48,768 nucleotides of DNA from Octopus bimaculoides. Lineage: Eukaryota. The first letter of the stretch is position 1. The number at the start of each line of letters is the position of its first letter. Location of the stretch: positions 78,613,820 through 78,662,587 of the forward strand of contig NC_068989.1 in assembly GCF_001194135.2 (NCBI RefSeq), given 5' to 3'. Below, piece by piece: positions 36,165-48,768 of the stretch. Under the pieces are notes generated by a model. The model saw only the letters and a list, made by a program, of their open reading frames with translations, was not told the DNA's origin and ran no database searches. Position numbers and translations under genes: made by a program.

Positions 36165-36640
36165 TACAGACGTAGCTGAGTGGTAAGAAGTTTAAGTTTG
36201 CTTCCCAACCACATGGTTCCAGATTCAATCCCACTGCGTGACAACTTGGGCAAGTGTCTTCTAATATAGCTTTGGACTAACCAAAGCCTTGTGAGAGGAT
36301 TTGGTGGATAGAAACAAAAACAAGCCAGTCGTATATATATAGATACATAAGTATATTCGTATGGCTATTTATGGATGTGTGTATGCGTGCGTGTATATGT
36401 GTGTGCCTTCGTCTGCATTTATCCCCCCACTACCTCTTGACAACCGGTGTTAGAGTATTTATGAACCCGCGGTTCAGCTAAAGAAATCGGGAGAATAAGT
36501 ACCAGGCTTTCTAAAAAGATCGAAATAAGTACCAGGCTTTAAAAAATTAAGTACTAGGGTCGTTTCATACGACTAAAATTTCTCCAAGGTGATGCGTTAA
36601 CATGGCCGCAGTCTAATGACCGAAACAAGTAAAAGATAAA
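36165..36640 (+). mobile_element. SINE family A, near full length
   Basis: Head tggtaagaag...gcttcccaaccacatggttccagattcaatccc, cttgggcaagtgtcttct block, and a 3' domain with an internal duplication of aataagtaccaggcttt. Confidence 0.85.
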
Positions 36641-36675
36641 AGATAACAGATACCACACACACACACACACGAACA

Positions 36676-36730
<55 letters not shown>

Positions 36731-36789
36731 CTCTTCACTCTGTTACAGTTAGTCCTTCTCATTTTCCTCTCTCTTCATCAGTACTTACA

Positions 36790-37095
36790 ACCGTTTCTTC
36801 CACGTCAACACTTTCACTTGCACATACAATAAAATGACTCACTGCATCTTCTTCTCTCCTTACTACTCCTCGTATATTGGACAAACTGGTCGACAGGTCT
36901 GACCGTTTTACCAAACACCTTCGCGACATCAGCCTCGCTAATGACACGCCAATCTCGCGTCATTTATGCACGAGTGGTCAGTCAAGAAACGTTTGTTTAT
37001 GTTCTGATTGGCCTTGATCAGAGGCCACTCGGACTTTATGTTTTTCTCTTCGTACTTCAGTCCCTAAGGGTCTAAATTTACCACCGCTTTTCATT
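36790..37095 (+). pseudogene. Penelope-like element GIY-YIG endonuclease remnant
   Basis: Translates TFTCTYNKMTHCIFFSPYYSSYIGQTGRQV, then after a frameshift DRFTKHLRDISLANDTPISRHL, and later cctaagggtctaaat (P-K-G-L-N), matching the YIGxT.R...R..EH...H...GLN pattern of PLE endonucleases. Confidence 0.82.
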
Positions 37096-38507
37096 TAAAT
37101 TCCTCTTCTGCACGCACTTACATATACCACATATATCTCTTGCAATCCAGCCCCAGCCCCACATCTACCCCCCACACACCTGCACTACGCTTTAAAACTC
37201 ATTACCCAGCACTATACTCCAACCCCTTCAAACTATATGCACATATACCTAAACTCACGCTCGTACACACAAACATAAACTCCTACCTACTTCACACACA
37301 CACAAGTACCCACTCTTCCATTACAATACGCCGTGCTTCCTGGTTCCTTAGACAAGTGTTCTATACTATATTCCCAGGTTCACCAAAGTCTTGTAAATGG
37401 ATTTGGTAGACGGAAACTGAAAGAAACGCAAATCCAGAGCTAACTACGTGCCTTCACTCACAGCCGACCACAAGTGCCTAACCTGCAGCAGAGCCTTCCG
37501 AGTACAGTTTAGCCAGATACCACGTAACTCGTCTTCTCCCACGTGACGGACGATCCAATATAACATAATACATGTATGCATGTATACATACATATACACA
37601 TACACACATACATACCTGGAAAAGGATGCGTGGCGTTCGATCATATAATAATACAAATTATATATCAACATATGCATATATCCATACAAATATGTACATA
37701 CCTACATTTATATGTATACATACATACATATATGGGTACAGGACATAAAAAAAACGTTAAACACAATGAGAAACGAAAACATAAAAACGAAAACATAGAA
37801 AACGAACTTGTTTCGAACAAAAAAAAAACAGATAACGAGACATGCAACATAAAGAGTATACCCCTTCGTCTGTTGTCCCTGTTTCATCTACTCCGCGTTT
37901 CGAAGGTAAGGACAATACGCGACTTCGTTGAAATAGTCCTTCCCACAAAGCAAATTAAATAAAATTTGGGATTTTTTGCGGAGGGCTAAAGTGTTAACAA
38001 GAACAGGACAGTGAGAACAAGACAGTAAAAACAAACCGTGAGGTCTGTTGAGCCAAGATGATAGAAAAATTATTATGAACGCTAGGTAGACAAGCCATGA
38101 GAGGAGACAGGCAAAGGCACGTCTTTTCTTGAGGAAGGAAGTGGACAGAAAGATAGATCCCCTTTCGTCATGTGTCAGCGACGAGAGAGTCAAGGAGGAA
38201 GAGTGAGAGAGAGAGGGAACGGTGAAAGGGAGAGAGGAATAGGGAAAGGATGGGAGAGAAAAACAGAAAGGATGAAGAACAAGAGAGGGAAAGAGATAGA
38301 CAGAGAAGAGGCATTTGTGTTTGCACCCCACCATCGCTTCAGAACTACTGCTGGTTTATTTATGTTCCTGTAAATTAGAGGTGTAGTTGGGCAAACGAGA
38401 CCGACAGAATAAGTACCAGAATACATAATTTATTACGTGGCAGAGCCCCAGCATAGCCGCAGTCCAGTGTTTAAAGTAAGAAGATAATACACATAAATAC
38501 ATACGTG

Positions 38508-38551
<44 letters not shown>

Positions 38552-38727
38552 NNNNNNNNNNNNNNNNNNNNNNNNNNNNNNNNNNNNNNNNNNNNNNNNN
38601 NNNNNNNNNNNNNNNNNNNNNNNNNNNNNNNNNNNNNNNNNNNNNNNNNNNNNNNNNNNNNNNNNNNNNNNNNNNNNNNNNNNNNNNNNNNNNNNNNNNN
38701 NNNNNNNNNNNNNNNNNNNNNNNNNNN
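38552..38727. other. Assembly gap (176 N)
   Basis: N-run between (TA)n and (GT)n. Confidence 1.
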
Positions 38728-38767
<40 letters not shown>

Positions 38768-39190
38768 TGTTATGTATGTATGTATGTATATACGTATACA
38801 TATATATCAGAGTACACAACCACATAAATATGTACACCCATACATAGTTATGCAAAAATGTTAATGGTATATGTACATGAATACAGATAGATATATGCAA
38901 ATACATATATCCATGTATGCATGTATTTATGTATGCTTGTATGTACGTACGTACGTATGTATGTATGTATGCCTTTATGTACTGATACATTATTTTGAAA
39001 ATATGACTACTGTGTTCTAACAACAGGTTATTTATGTAGCCATGCGTATGAAAAATAATAAAATGTATTATTATGTCAATATGTAATCATGAATATATGA
39101 ATATATAAACATACATACATATGGAAATTGATGGCCGTACATATGTTGTATATATCAGCATACTTATTAGTATGTACATTTATATATTTA

Positions 39191-39266
<76 letters not shown>

Positions 39267-39929
39267 CAATAGCTGTTACATTACCTAAACAAAAAAATTA
39301 CGAGTCTACAATGTATTGAAAAACTCTAGCCAAAAATGTAGTGAGATCTTTGAGATATGGATGACGTGAAACCTCATATGCGGGAAGTCTCCGAATAAGC
39401 GTCGAAAGAATTCAACACAGCCAGAAATGTAGGTGAGCTACATTACCTTAATAGCACACACACACACACACAGAATGGATCTACATTGAGACAGATGCAC
39501 ACCTATATGGTTGCAGCTAAAATGTTTTGTCGTAGTTCTTGTTTAATGTTTTTTTCCTGCACTACTTACGAAAAAGATATAATAACGCTTACAGTAAAAG
39601 AAAGTCCATTGAGCCGATTCCAAAACACAAAAAAACTTTCTCAGGAATTCTTGTCTACAGATTCTTCAGTGATAGTTCTAACTGACTCGAAATAAATCAA
39701 GACAATATGTTCAAACAATTTTATTTTTATCTTTGCAACATGATCTTTACTCTCATTTTCATGTATTTTTCTCTATATTTATGAACTCTTTCAATAATGT
39801 CTTTCAATTTTACATATGTTTTTCCCCAAATTTTGAACAAAATAATGATTTTTGTAAATATTTTTGAAATATACTGTCTTCTCTTATTCTTATCAGCTCT
39901 TATATATATATATTGTGACTAAAACTATC

Positions 39930-40140
39930 TTTTGTCTTTTACTTGTTTCACTCATTGGACTGCGGTCCTGCTGGAGCATCGTCAAACAAATAGAGCTTTA
40001 TACTTTGATACTTGTTCTAACGGTTTCTTTTGCCGAACTGCAGTGACACGGGAAGTAAACAAACCAGTACTGGTTGTCAAGCAGCACGCAATGACAAGCA
40101 CAAGCACATATGCACGTATACACACATATATATACACTCA

Positions 40141-40183
<43 letters not shown>

Positions 40184-40355
40184 ACACACACATGTATGTA
40201 TGTATACGACGGGATTCCAACAGTTTCCGTGTGTCAAATTCATTTGCAAATCATTGGTTGGTTTGGAGCAATTGTAGAGGACGCTTGTCCAAGATGACGC
40301 CCAATAAGAATGAAACCGAAGATATGTGGTTGCAAGACTATTTTCCTAACCACAC
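39930..40355 (-). mobile_element. SINE family A copy (diverged)
   Basis: tttacttgtttcactcattggactgcggtcctgctggagcatcg is the reverse complement of the 3' end; central (AC)n; head remnant near 40300-40350. Confidence 0.75.
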
Positions 40356-41103
40356 CCCCATACTTCACACTTTGCCTGAATGAGGGAGCAAAATAACGGA
40401 AGGTGTGGTCGGTAGGTACAGTGGAAATGAATGGTGAAATTAAATTAAGAGAAATAGATAAAGAAAATGAACTACATTGTTGTAATCCTGCACAAAAAGA
40501 AAAAAATATAGAAAGCAAAACGAACTTTCCAACGAGGTTTCTTTCCCCAAAGCAAAACCAAGAACAGCGAGAGATAAACGGGTTCAAATTACATCACGTC
40601 TATATTACATAAAAACTCAAGCCAAGAAAGAAATTAAATCTGTTCTGTATACTTGATGAGCATAATGAGAGTGAGATCGTCGAAGGCGGTAGTGGCAAGT
40701 ACTCAACACTGAAAAACATGGAGGTGAACCAGATACGATGTTGGCACAGAAGGATGGCTAGAGGTGAAATGTTTTACTATGTGTTCCACAAATGGACATA
40801 AGGTCAGTTACCAAGAGTAAAATTTAAGACGAAGTAGGTTGAACTAAACGTATCTAAAGAAATCTATTGGTTAATCTAACTTTTTGTTCGATCTGAAACA
40901 AACCAAGAACTATATTAAACTACGCACACACAGAGACGCCCGCGTACACACAGACGCACACACATACATACATATATAGACATACGCATAGAAGCAAACA
41001 CGGATACTGATTCCCCCCCACACACACACAAATACGTACACAGAACCTCACAAACACGTATACAGACACTCATACACACCCTCACATATCTGATATATGC
41101 ACT

Positions 41104-41134
<31 letters not shown>

Positions 41135-41564
41135 ATAATATTGTGTCTATTAATATGAATATATGTATACATAAATGCATATGCACATATATACACGTAT
41201 ATGCATGTATGTGTGGTTCTGTGCGCGTGTGTGTGTATCGTTTTTTGAATTTGCTTGGCAAGAATTTTAATCTGAAACCATGTCTTGAAACCGATACTGT
41301 AATATATTTTGGGATAGACATATTGACTATAAAGTTTATAAACACACTGACTGGTTCCGGTTCAGATCATTTTTTGGTCAGATTCCCAGAATTATATTCC
41401 TTCACACTTTTCGGTGATCTTTATAAACTGAAAGAAACTTTTCCTGGAAATACGACCAAAACTGAAGCGAACTGCAGCCAGTAAGTGTATTTTTAGGTTT
41501 CATAGCCACACTGGTGGCTCTCCCAAAATATAGCAATATATGCATATGTGTGTGTGTCTGTGTG

Positions 41565-41608
<44 letters not shown>

Positions 41609-41902
41609 AGAGGCGTTCATTAAAGATTTCCCCTGACTCACTTCCCGAGGACTGAGATAAACAAAACGTGGTATAATTATTTGTCCTTCTCTACATAGCC
41701 ACCACCAATAGTGATGCATATTCCCGAAGAATATGTTGAAGATATTTCTCAACATATGAAATTATCAGTAGCACTGAAATTCATGTATTGTGTCCTTCAA
41801 ATGAATAACATTTATCTTTCACCAAATGAAATACATTTTTTGCCGAATTTCTGTCACAGAACAGTACATTGTGTGTGTGTATGTATGTATGTATATATAT
41901 AT

Positions 41903-42016
41903 NNNNNNNNNNNNNNNNNNNNNNNNNNNNNNNNNNNNNNNNNNNNNNNNNNNNNNNNNNNNNNNNNNNNNNNNNNNNNNNNNNNNNNNNNNNNNNNNNN
42001 NNNNNNNNNNNNNNNN
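41903..42016. other. Assembly gap (114 N)
   Basis: N-run within (TA)n. Confidence 1.
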
Positions 42017-42449
42017 TATATAAATAATCAAGAGTAGAGCGGCGTATTCCGAATAGGATTTTTTCCAATAGGAAAAAAGTCGGTTTCTAACCTAGATTCA
42101 GGACTCCTTCATCGGAATTTCAACATCAACAAGGGATTTGTATATATATGTATGTATGTATGTATAGTATGTATGTATGTATAGTATAAGAAGGTAATAA
42201 AATAATGAACATGACTATTGCTTGTTAAAGAGATGAAAAGCGAACATGGCATTTTACAACGGCTAACAATTTTTCCTCAACTATAATATAAATATCGTTT
42301 CCCAGTTAAATGGCAACATGTACAGACTTATCTATCTTCAAACTACAAATAGAAAGCCAGCGTGTTACGTAATTTGCTGACATATCTCTCGCGGTTGTTG
42401 CAGAAACAGGAACATGATGACTTTAGATAGTTCTAACCTGAAACCACGT

Positions 42450-42940
42450 GGAAACATGAGATACTTTCATTGAGAGGTTTTTGCAGACTGATCAAAAGTA
42501 CGGTGGCGAAGACTTTCCTAATGAAAGCTCAGTGAAAACATTCCTGTACTTGCGCAGAGTCTGGCATGCAGTGAAACTCTTTAATTTCCTGTACGCTTGT
42601 GGGACGTGGATACTTAGAGTAGAGATACAGAGAAATATAGAAGTACTGGAAATCAAGATGTTGCAGAAGCAACATCTTAATCATCTCGTATTCGGAGCAC
42701 ATCCGTCATAAACGAGTATGTCCGCGAAAATATCCATTGTGGCGCCGGCCACCCTGAAGACGTTCTCGTAATTGAAGAAAATAAACTGTTGAGATGACAT
42801 GGCGATGTAACAAGCTCCAGTGGCTTTAAGCCGTTCTTCAAGGAGCTATGGAGTGGGAAAGGAGAAGAAGGCTAAAGCAAAGATACAGACAACATGAAGA
42901 AATGTGCAGGAGAATCATTGGTGGAGATCCTAAATCCAAG
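42450..42940 (+). pseudogene. RTE-clade LINE ORF remnant (post-RT C-terminal region)
   Basis: FLYACGTWILRVEIQRNIEVLEIK matches the RTE LYxCETWTL...I.A.EM motif; downstream degenerate sequence is consistent with the KLRW.GH and G.R.RGR segments. Confidence 0.78.
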
Positions 42941-43108
42941 ACATTAATATTACTGATGACTAATATTGATGTATAGCATTGATGTATAGAAAGGCGCCTC
43001 TACGTTTTCATTAGGGTCTGAGTGATAAGAATTTTAATTTAAGCCTGCTCGCCCTTGAACTTAACAATATAGTAAATCACTCGGTTTACTTTTCTACTGC
43101 CTATTACA

Positions 43109-43152
<44 letters not shown>

Positions 43153-45519
43153 TCACACACACATATATACACACACACATACATACGTACGTACGTACGT
43201 ACATACATACATACAATCAGAGAGAGAGAGAGAGAGACAAATAAAGAGGAGATAGCATTCTATACTTACATGCATATTTAATGCTTGCCGAGAACAAAAA
43301 CTGTCTAATACATGATTAACAGCTATTTCGGTTAGGTTCTTCACTAAGTCAGTTCAGATAAGATACATTTACAGCGCCTGCAAGTTGTTAACACTGCCGT
43401 GATTCTTGAGAAATATTATCTTGCTGCTTAACTGTCTTCAATTTTGATACAACAGCTGAACTAAGTTCAACTTCAGCTACTCTCCTTTATCTTAGCATAT
43501 AAACACATTTCCATTACTATTAAAGTGAAAAGTTTTAAAGTTTCTTGTTGCATCTGCCGATTTTTATACGAAGTGGTAGTTTCTTATTTAACTTGTGAAC
43601 AGTGATCAATAAGTTTCCAGCTTTTCGGTTTGTTTGTTTTTTGTTTCTTTTTCTTCTTAATAGAAAATGGTTTGCTGAAAAAATTTCACGGTAGCTGAGT
43701 CAACTGTATTGCTTTCTATTCTAATTTTGAGTCAGCATTATGGACCTGCGTTCGCTTGTTAGTTTCACCTAGTTATATACGTTGATATATTGTAGAAGGT
43801 AAAAATCAAAGCAGCCGTAACACTGCATCATAATTTCATTAGATTGAGTTCTTGATCCCTTATTTATTAAGGCGATACGGTTATTTGCTCTAAATCTCTG
43901 CATTGAAATTGTGCTTTGTTAAATTTGCCTCTCATCCTTTTATGGATGATAAAAAAAAACACCAATTCTACAGCCTAAGTTCAACAGAACTATAAGAACG
44001 TCGGGCCGGAGGTTATGCGGTTCTGCGTAAACTGTCCAGCTCCTTGCATTCTGAGATCTTGTATGTGTGTGTGTGTAAATATATATATACGTAAGTATGT
44101 ATATAATATGTATATGTGTATATCAGGACATCGACTATCGGATGTTGTTATACACTGCTGGTCACAATACGCTTCCTTGCATTGTTTTAGTTTTCGAATG
44201 GTGCCACCCCGCTGGCAAGGTGGACAGGCGAACTTTGTCCCTGAACGGAACGCTACTTTATCGTAGGGTTACTTATTTACAACTGAGCGGAGAGGAGTAA
44301 CGTAAAATAAAGTGTTCTGCTCAAGTTTCTCTGGCGAAACTACGATCTTGGGATTCTTGAGTGCAATATCTTAAACACATGGTCTACTTGGGTGGTATAC
44401 TTATCTGTTACATGCTTTAACATCTCAACCAGGTACTTTGGATGTTTTTAGCAAACTCTTTTCTGTAGCAAGCATTCCGGTTTGAGGATATCTTTCTTGC
44501 TCCTTCCAACTACTGTTGGAGGCTTTATAGTGAGTCATGCGCTCTGCCTTCTCCCTCTTAACTAAAAGGCATTTTCAAAAATGGCTATTTGAGATATACT
44601 TGCATTTTTGAAGGCAAGAAGAGTAGTACTATATGATAAGTTAGACAACTAACACTGGCAATTGAAACTGGTTCGCCAGGATGTTGTCTTTTGCAAGGGA
44701 TCAATAAAATTTATGTTAAAACTGATATAATACAGAGTATGAAAGATGATTTTTTTTAACTGCTAAACAGCGCGAAAACTGGAATAAACACTCAATAAAG
44801 ACGAAATCAAACAAATGATATTTCGTGAATAGCAGCTACTTCACGACTAAAACTAAAAATAACAGAGTAATACCTTTTTAATTTTTTTTTTTTTTAACAT
44901 AAAACAAACTCTTGGAATAAAATATTCAATCTTTCTCTTCCTCTTTCTTTTTCGTTTCCTTCTTTGTTTTGGTGATGTTTGTTTTGTCTTTCCTTTGTAT
45001 TCTGTGCTGTTCTCGTGATATTACATCATTTTAATTGTTTCGTGTTTTCAATACAACAATACAACAATCTTCTTATGACGTTGTTCGAAAGGAATGAAAT
45101 CTTAGCGTAAAGAAAAAAAGAAACATTACGCTACTTCAGCTAGCGTTCTTGTAACGTCAACATGAAAACCTTGTGGTTATTTTAATCATATTTTTCAGAT
45201 GAATTATCTTTATGGCTGTAAAAATTCTCACTTTGTTTTTCTCAGTCTTTACTTTGAATTCTATAGTTTAGAATGCTCTATCTTCCTTCCTTCTTTTTTC
45301 AATCACTGCACAGTAGTTGGGGCGGAAATGTTGAAGTGATGGAGAAAACATCGCAGAATCATTTTCCTTCTTCAACTACTTTTAGTCATTAGACCGTGAC
45401 CTTTCTGGAGCAACACTTTAAAGGGTTTAGTAACTAACGTAGGCCCAGTATTATTTTCAGTCTACGACTAGTTAATCTGTCTTCCTGTACGCATTCGATG
45501 GATAAGCCCCTCACTGCAA

Positions 45520-45915
45520 AGGCTGAGTAGTCTAAGAAGCTTACTTTGTGACTACGTGATTTCCGGTTCAGTCTCACTGCGCAGCACCTTGGGCAAGTCT
45601 CTTCTACTGTATCCCTGGACCGACGCCTTGTGAGAAAATTTGGTAGACGGAAACTCTATGGAAGCCCGTCGTATGTATGTATAGATAGATAGATAGATAG
45701 ATAGACAGACAGGTAGGTAGATGTCATTGTGTTGACAATCAGTATTGGTTTGTTTACGCCCCTGTAACAACGGTTTGGCAAAAGAGACAAGTAGAATGAG
45801 TACCAGACTTTAAAAAAAAAGACTACTGGCTTGGATTCGTTAGATTAAATCCATCATGGTGGTGCTCCAGCATGGCCATAGTCCAATGACTGAAACAAAT
45901 AAAACATAAAAGATA
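45520..45915 (+). mobile_element. SINE family A, near full length ((AGAT)n centre)
   Basis: aagaagcttacttt...tccggttcagtctcactgcgcagcaccttgggcaagtctcttctact...ggtggtgctccagcatggccatagtccaatgactgaaacaaataaaa. Confidence 0.87.
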
Positions 45916-46497
45916 AATGATGGAAATTAGATATTGTCACAGCGTCTTTGATATCTCCTACTTGGACCACCACCATGAATGAGCTGGTCCGCATAAAAAA
46001 ACAACCAGAATTATACTGGCTCACTTTAAAAGTCTTTCCACATTGATAAAGAAGACTAAAATATTGACGGTATGGCGTGTAGCAGAGCCTCAAGAAATAG
46101 TTTGGTCTGAAAGAAAGGCCTGTGTCCGAAGTCCTTACAGATCGTTAGAAATAGTATAGAATCCGATTGATGAGAAATATTGTTTTATTTTTATATTGCA
46201 AGAACTTTCTTATAAATCACAAGGGAACTGAAATGCACGTATTACACCGGACAGAACTCATTGAAGGGTCAATCGTCCATATATTAGTTTGAGAATTGAA
46301 AACTTGTATTAGAAAGAAACATATTTTCTTTATGTTAAAAGATGATACCGTGACAGAAACAGTTCAACGCTGAAGTAAATCTCTGGAGTATTTAGGATTC
46401 TGTCACTCTTTTTTTTTTCTTCTTTTTTTACTTCAGTCTGTGCAGCATGGACTTGGATTGGCTTTCATCCTTCAAGTGTCAATAAATACGTATAAAA

Positions 46498-46547
46498 GGC
46501 GGCGAGCTGGCAGAAATGTTGGCGCGCCGGTCGAACTGCAAAGCGGT
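46498..46547 (+). mobile_element. SINE family B head, interrupted after AGCGGT
   Basis: ggcggcgagctggcagaaatgttggcgcgccggtcgaactgcaaagcggt; the SINE continues at 47563 (ggtatttcgtctgcc). Confidence 0.85.
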
Positions 46548-47562
46548 GTGACGTCTCCGGGAGTTGTGAATGTTGCTCTGTGAAAGCTGTGTGAATTACT
46601 GTAGGTTGTTTCAATTGTGATTTTTTTTGTGGAATTATTGTTGGAGGAGGTGAGCGGAGTCGGGAATTTGATGGAAGTGGAAGGAGACTCATACAGGTTG
46701 TCCCCACCAAAAGAGACCAAGGAGAGCGGAATTCTGAGGACAGTTGTGTATCGTGCACGGGCTGTCGAGGCCTGTAGAATTAAAGTGGTGACGGAGGCAG
46801 AAGTCGAGGAGTGCCTGGGTGAAATTGTGAATGAAGCCACGTGCATCGGCGGAGGAAGAAAGTTCGGTACGATAGAGGTGAGGTTCGCCACTATAGAAGA
46901 GGCAACCAAGCATGCGACCAACATTTTAAGAAATACAAAAAATAGCATTACTACCTACCAAGTTATAGAAGAAGTGTGAGAATACGTATTCCCAGAGTTC
47001 CACCAGAAATTAAACCAGAGTTTATACAAGGGGGTTTTGATAAAGTACGAGAAGAGCGAGCAGATGGAGAAAAAAATAAGAGTGAAGACGCCGGAGAAAT
47101 GTGCTGAGAAATGCATTTTGATACATGAGGAAAACTACCGGGAGTACATAAAAGAACTTTGTGAAAATATAACAATGATAAGGGTATGGTTGGTGGAGAC
47201 ACCACCCCCTAGAACTGATTATTTGCAGTTGTTAAGGACGGAAGTAACAATAGTTAATGGGAGAAGGTAAGGCGTGTGTTTCAATTTTTCGAGTTGCAAA
47301 ACCGTTAAAATGTCTACATGATGTTCAACGTAAAAGTGAAAACTGGATAAATGTAACCACCCGACTTCGGGGTCGAGTGGACATTGCGCCTCATTTTTTT
47401 CATTCTTGCATATTATCTTTTTATTTTAATTTTTCTTCTATTATTATTCGCTTTTGTAATTTTAGCTCCCCGATTTTATGTTTGTTGCGTTTTGTACCGT
47501 CTTTATGTTTTGTGATGTCTTAAAAATTCTTTGTATAGCCCTTTTTGGGTAATAAAGAAATA
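46548..47562 (+). mobile_element. Internally deleted L1/Tx1-like non-LTR element, copy 1 (5' UTR, partial ORF1-like, 3' UTR, no RT)
   Basis: The 46617-46979 ORF is homologous to copy 2; T-rich 3' UTR with a hairpin at 47350-47385; ends ...gggtaataaagaaata; inserted in a SINE with an apparent GGT duplication. Clade assignment is inferred from ORF1-like character and the terminal AATAAA. Confidence 0.65.
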
Positions 47563-47782
47563 GGTATTTCGTCTGCCGTTACGCTCTGAGTTCAAATTCC
47601 GCCGAGGTCGACTTTGCCTTTCATCCTTTCGGGGTCGATTAAATAAGTACCAGTTATGCACTGGGGTCGATCTAATCGACCTAATCCCTTTGTCTGTCCT
47701 TGTTTGTCCCCTTTATGTTTAGCTCCTTGTTTGCAATAAAGAAATAAGAGACATTACCACACAGGGCGAAATACTTAGCGGT
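47563..47782 (+). mobile_element. SINE family B tailed-variant body plus restart of a second head
   Basis: Body 47563-47719, tail tagctccttgtttgcaataaagaaataa ending at 47747, restart gagacattaccacacagggcgaaatacttagcggt (47748-47782). Confidence 0.88.
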
Positions 47783-48537
47783 ATAACGGCTCTGTGAATT
47801 ATTGTGAATACTGTTGTGTTACTTTGTGAAAGCTGTCTCGGTGAATAATTGTGATTTTTGTGGAATTATTACGGTTGCATTTCACGTGAGCTGCTGCCTT
47901 TTTCCCAGCTATGGCAAGTGGTAGTGTCTCCAGTATGGAGAGCTACGCCAAGGCCACTGCGGTGAGGAAGCCAGTGCCGCTGGAAACCAAGTTAATCAAG
48001 TTGGATATGGAGGAGGTAACCAGAAGCAGGAATTTGATAGAAGTTGAGGGAGACTCGTACAAATTGTGTCCCCCAAAAGACTAAAGAAAAGAAAATTCTG
48101 AGGACAGTAATGTATCGTACACAGGCTGTCGAAACCGGTAAAATTGAAATGGTGACGGAAGAGGAAATCGAGGAGTGCCTGGGTGAAATTGTCAATGAAG
48201 CCACGTACGTCAACAGGAAGAAAGTTCGGTACAGTTCGCCACTATAAAAGAGGCAACCAAGCATGCAACCAACATATTAAGAAGTGAGAAAATAGCTTTG
48301 CTACCAAGTTATAGAGGCAGAAGTGTGAAAATACGAATTCCCGGAGTTACACCAGATATTAAACCAGAGTGGTTGGCTGCAACCAAGGAGGAGCCGGAAT
48401 TGGGACCAGTGGCAAAAACAAAAGCGTGCAAATGGTGGGGATTTGGGTTCGAAATGTGGCTTTTTGCCACATTCGAGGACATAGAAAGAATTCCCTACCA
48501 GATAGAAGTCGAGGACGAGAAAACGTTATATGTCGTA
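47783..48537 (+). mobile_element. L1/Tx1-like element copy 2: 5' UTR and frameshifted ORF1-like pseudogene (3' part missing)
   Basis: The ATG at 47911 gives MASGSVSSMESYAKATAVRKPVPLETKLIKLDMEEVTRSRNLIEVEGDSYKLCPPK; after frameshifts TKEKKILRTVMYR...EECLGEIVNEAT...ATIKEATKHATNILRSEKIALLPSYRGRSVKIRIPGVTPDIKPEWLAA. Confidence 0.68.
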
Positions 48538-48716
48538 AAATTTTTATTATGATCACTATGGATCTAATTTACATAGATGATACAAAGACAAATACAAACA
48601 GATGTACAAAATGTATGAGTTCTTTTTTAAAAAGTTTTTACGATGTTTTTATAAAATTTAAAAAACGATGACTTTGAATATTCAGACATACATATGCATG
48701 CATACCCACACACATC

Positions 48717-48756
<40 letters not shown>

Positions 48757-48768
48757 TATATACATACA

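Noticed and set aside
37430-37560. RTE C-terminal zinc-finger-like fragment (HKCLTCSRAFR)
   Set aside because: The match is a single short CxxC motif with no downstream His pair in frame; too weak to call.
37870-37950. Further hammerhead-like motif (minus-strand caacgaag...ccttcgaaacgcgg)
   Set aside because: The core CUGANGA is not present and the stems are not convincing.
40403-40612. 69-aa ORF MWSVGTVEMNGEIK...
   Set aside because: It is A-rich low-complexity sequence giving K/E/N bias, with no motif or splice support.
43560-43880. Old mariner end (gtgatcaataagtttcc)
   Set aside because: There is a TIR-like word but no matching partner end or transposase sequence.

Overview
AT-rich, repeat-dense eukaryotic genomic DNA with eight N-gaps, almost all abutting microsatellites, as in a short-read scaffold. 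The SINE families, the (TTAGGG)n motif and the microsatellite load point to an octopus-type cephalopod; this is my inference, not a database hit. No intact protein-coding gene, rRNA, true tRNA or CRISPR array is supportable, and most entries in the ORF track are microsatellite or N-gap artefacts. The window is probably intronic or intergenic. Recognisable content: a full-length decayed mariner (10907-12157), a second mariner fragment, two Tc1/mariner-type MITEs, at least three tRNA-derived SINE families, R4/Dong-like, RTE and Penelope-like LINE remnants, and two copies of a ~700-bp element with a telomeric-repeat core. The most interesting signals are four. (1) Two diverged L1/Tx1-like ORF1 elements both start at the same nucleotide inside one SINE family and share a ~27-nt 3' tail with a SINE variant that always occurs nested in its own family, which suggests a SINE-targeting retroelement system. 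(2) A tRNA-headed SINE-like unit carries a minimal hammerhead ribozyme. (3) A tandemly duplicated hairpin shows four compensatory base-pair changes. (4) A Dong-like insertion sits in the (ATT)n tail of a SINE. Family names A, B and C are my own working labels, and boundaries of diverged repeats are approximate.
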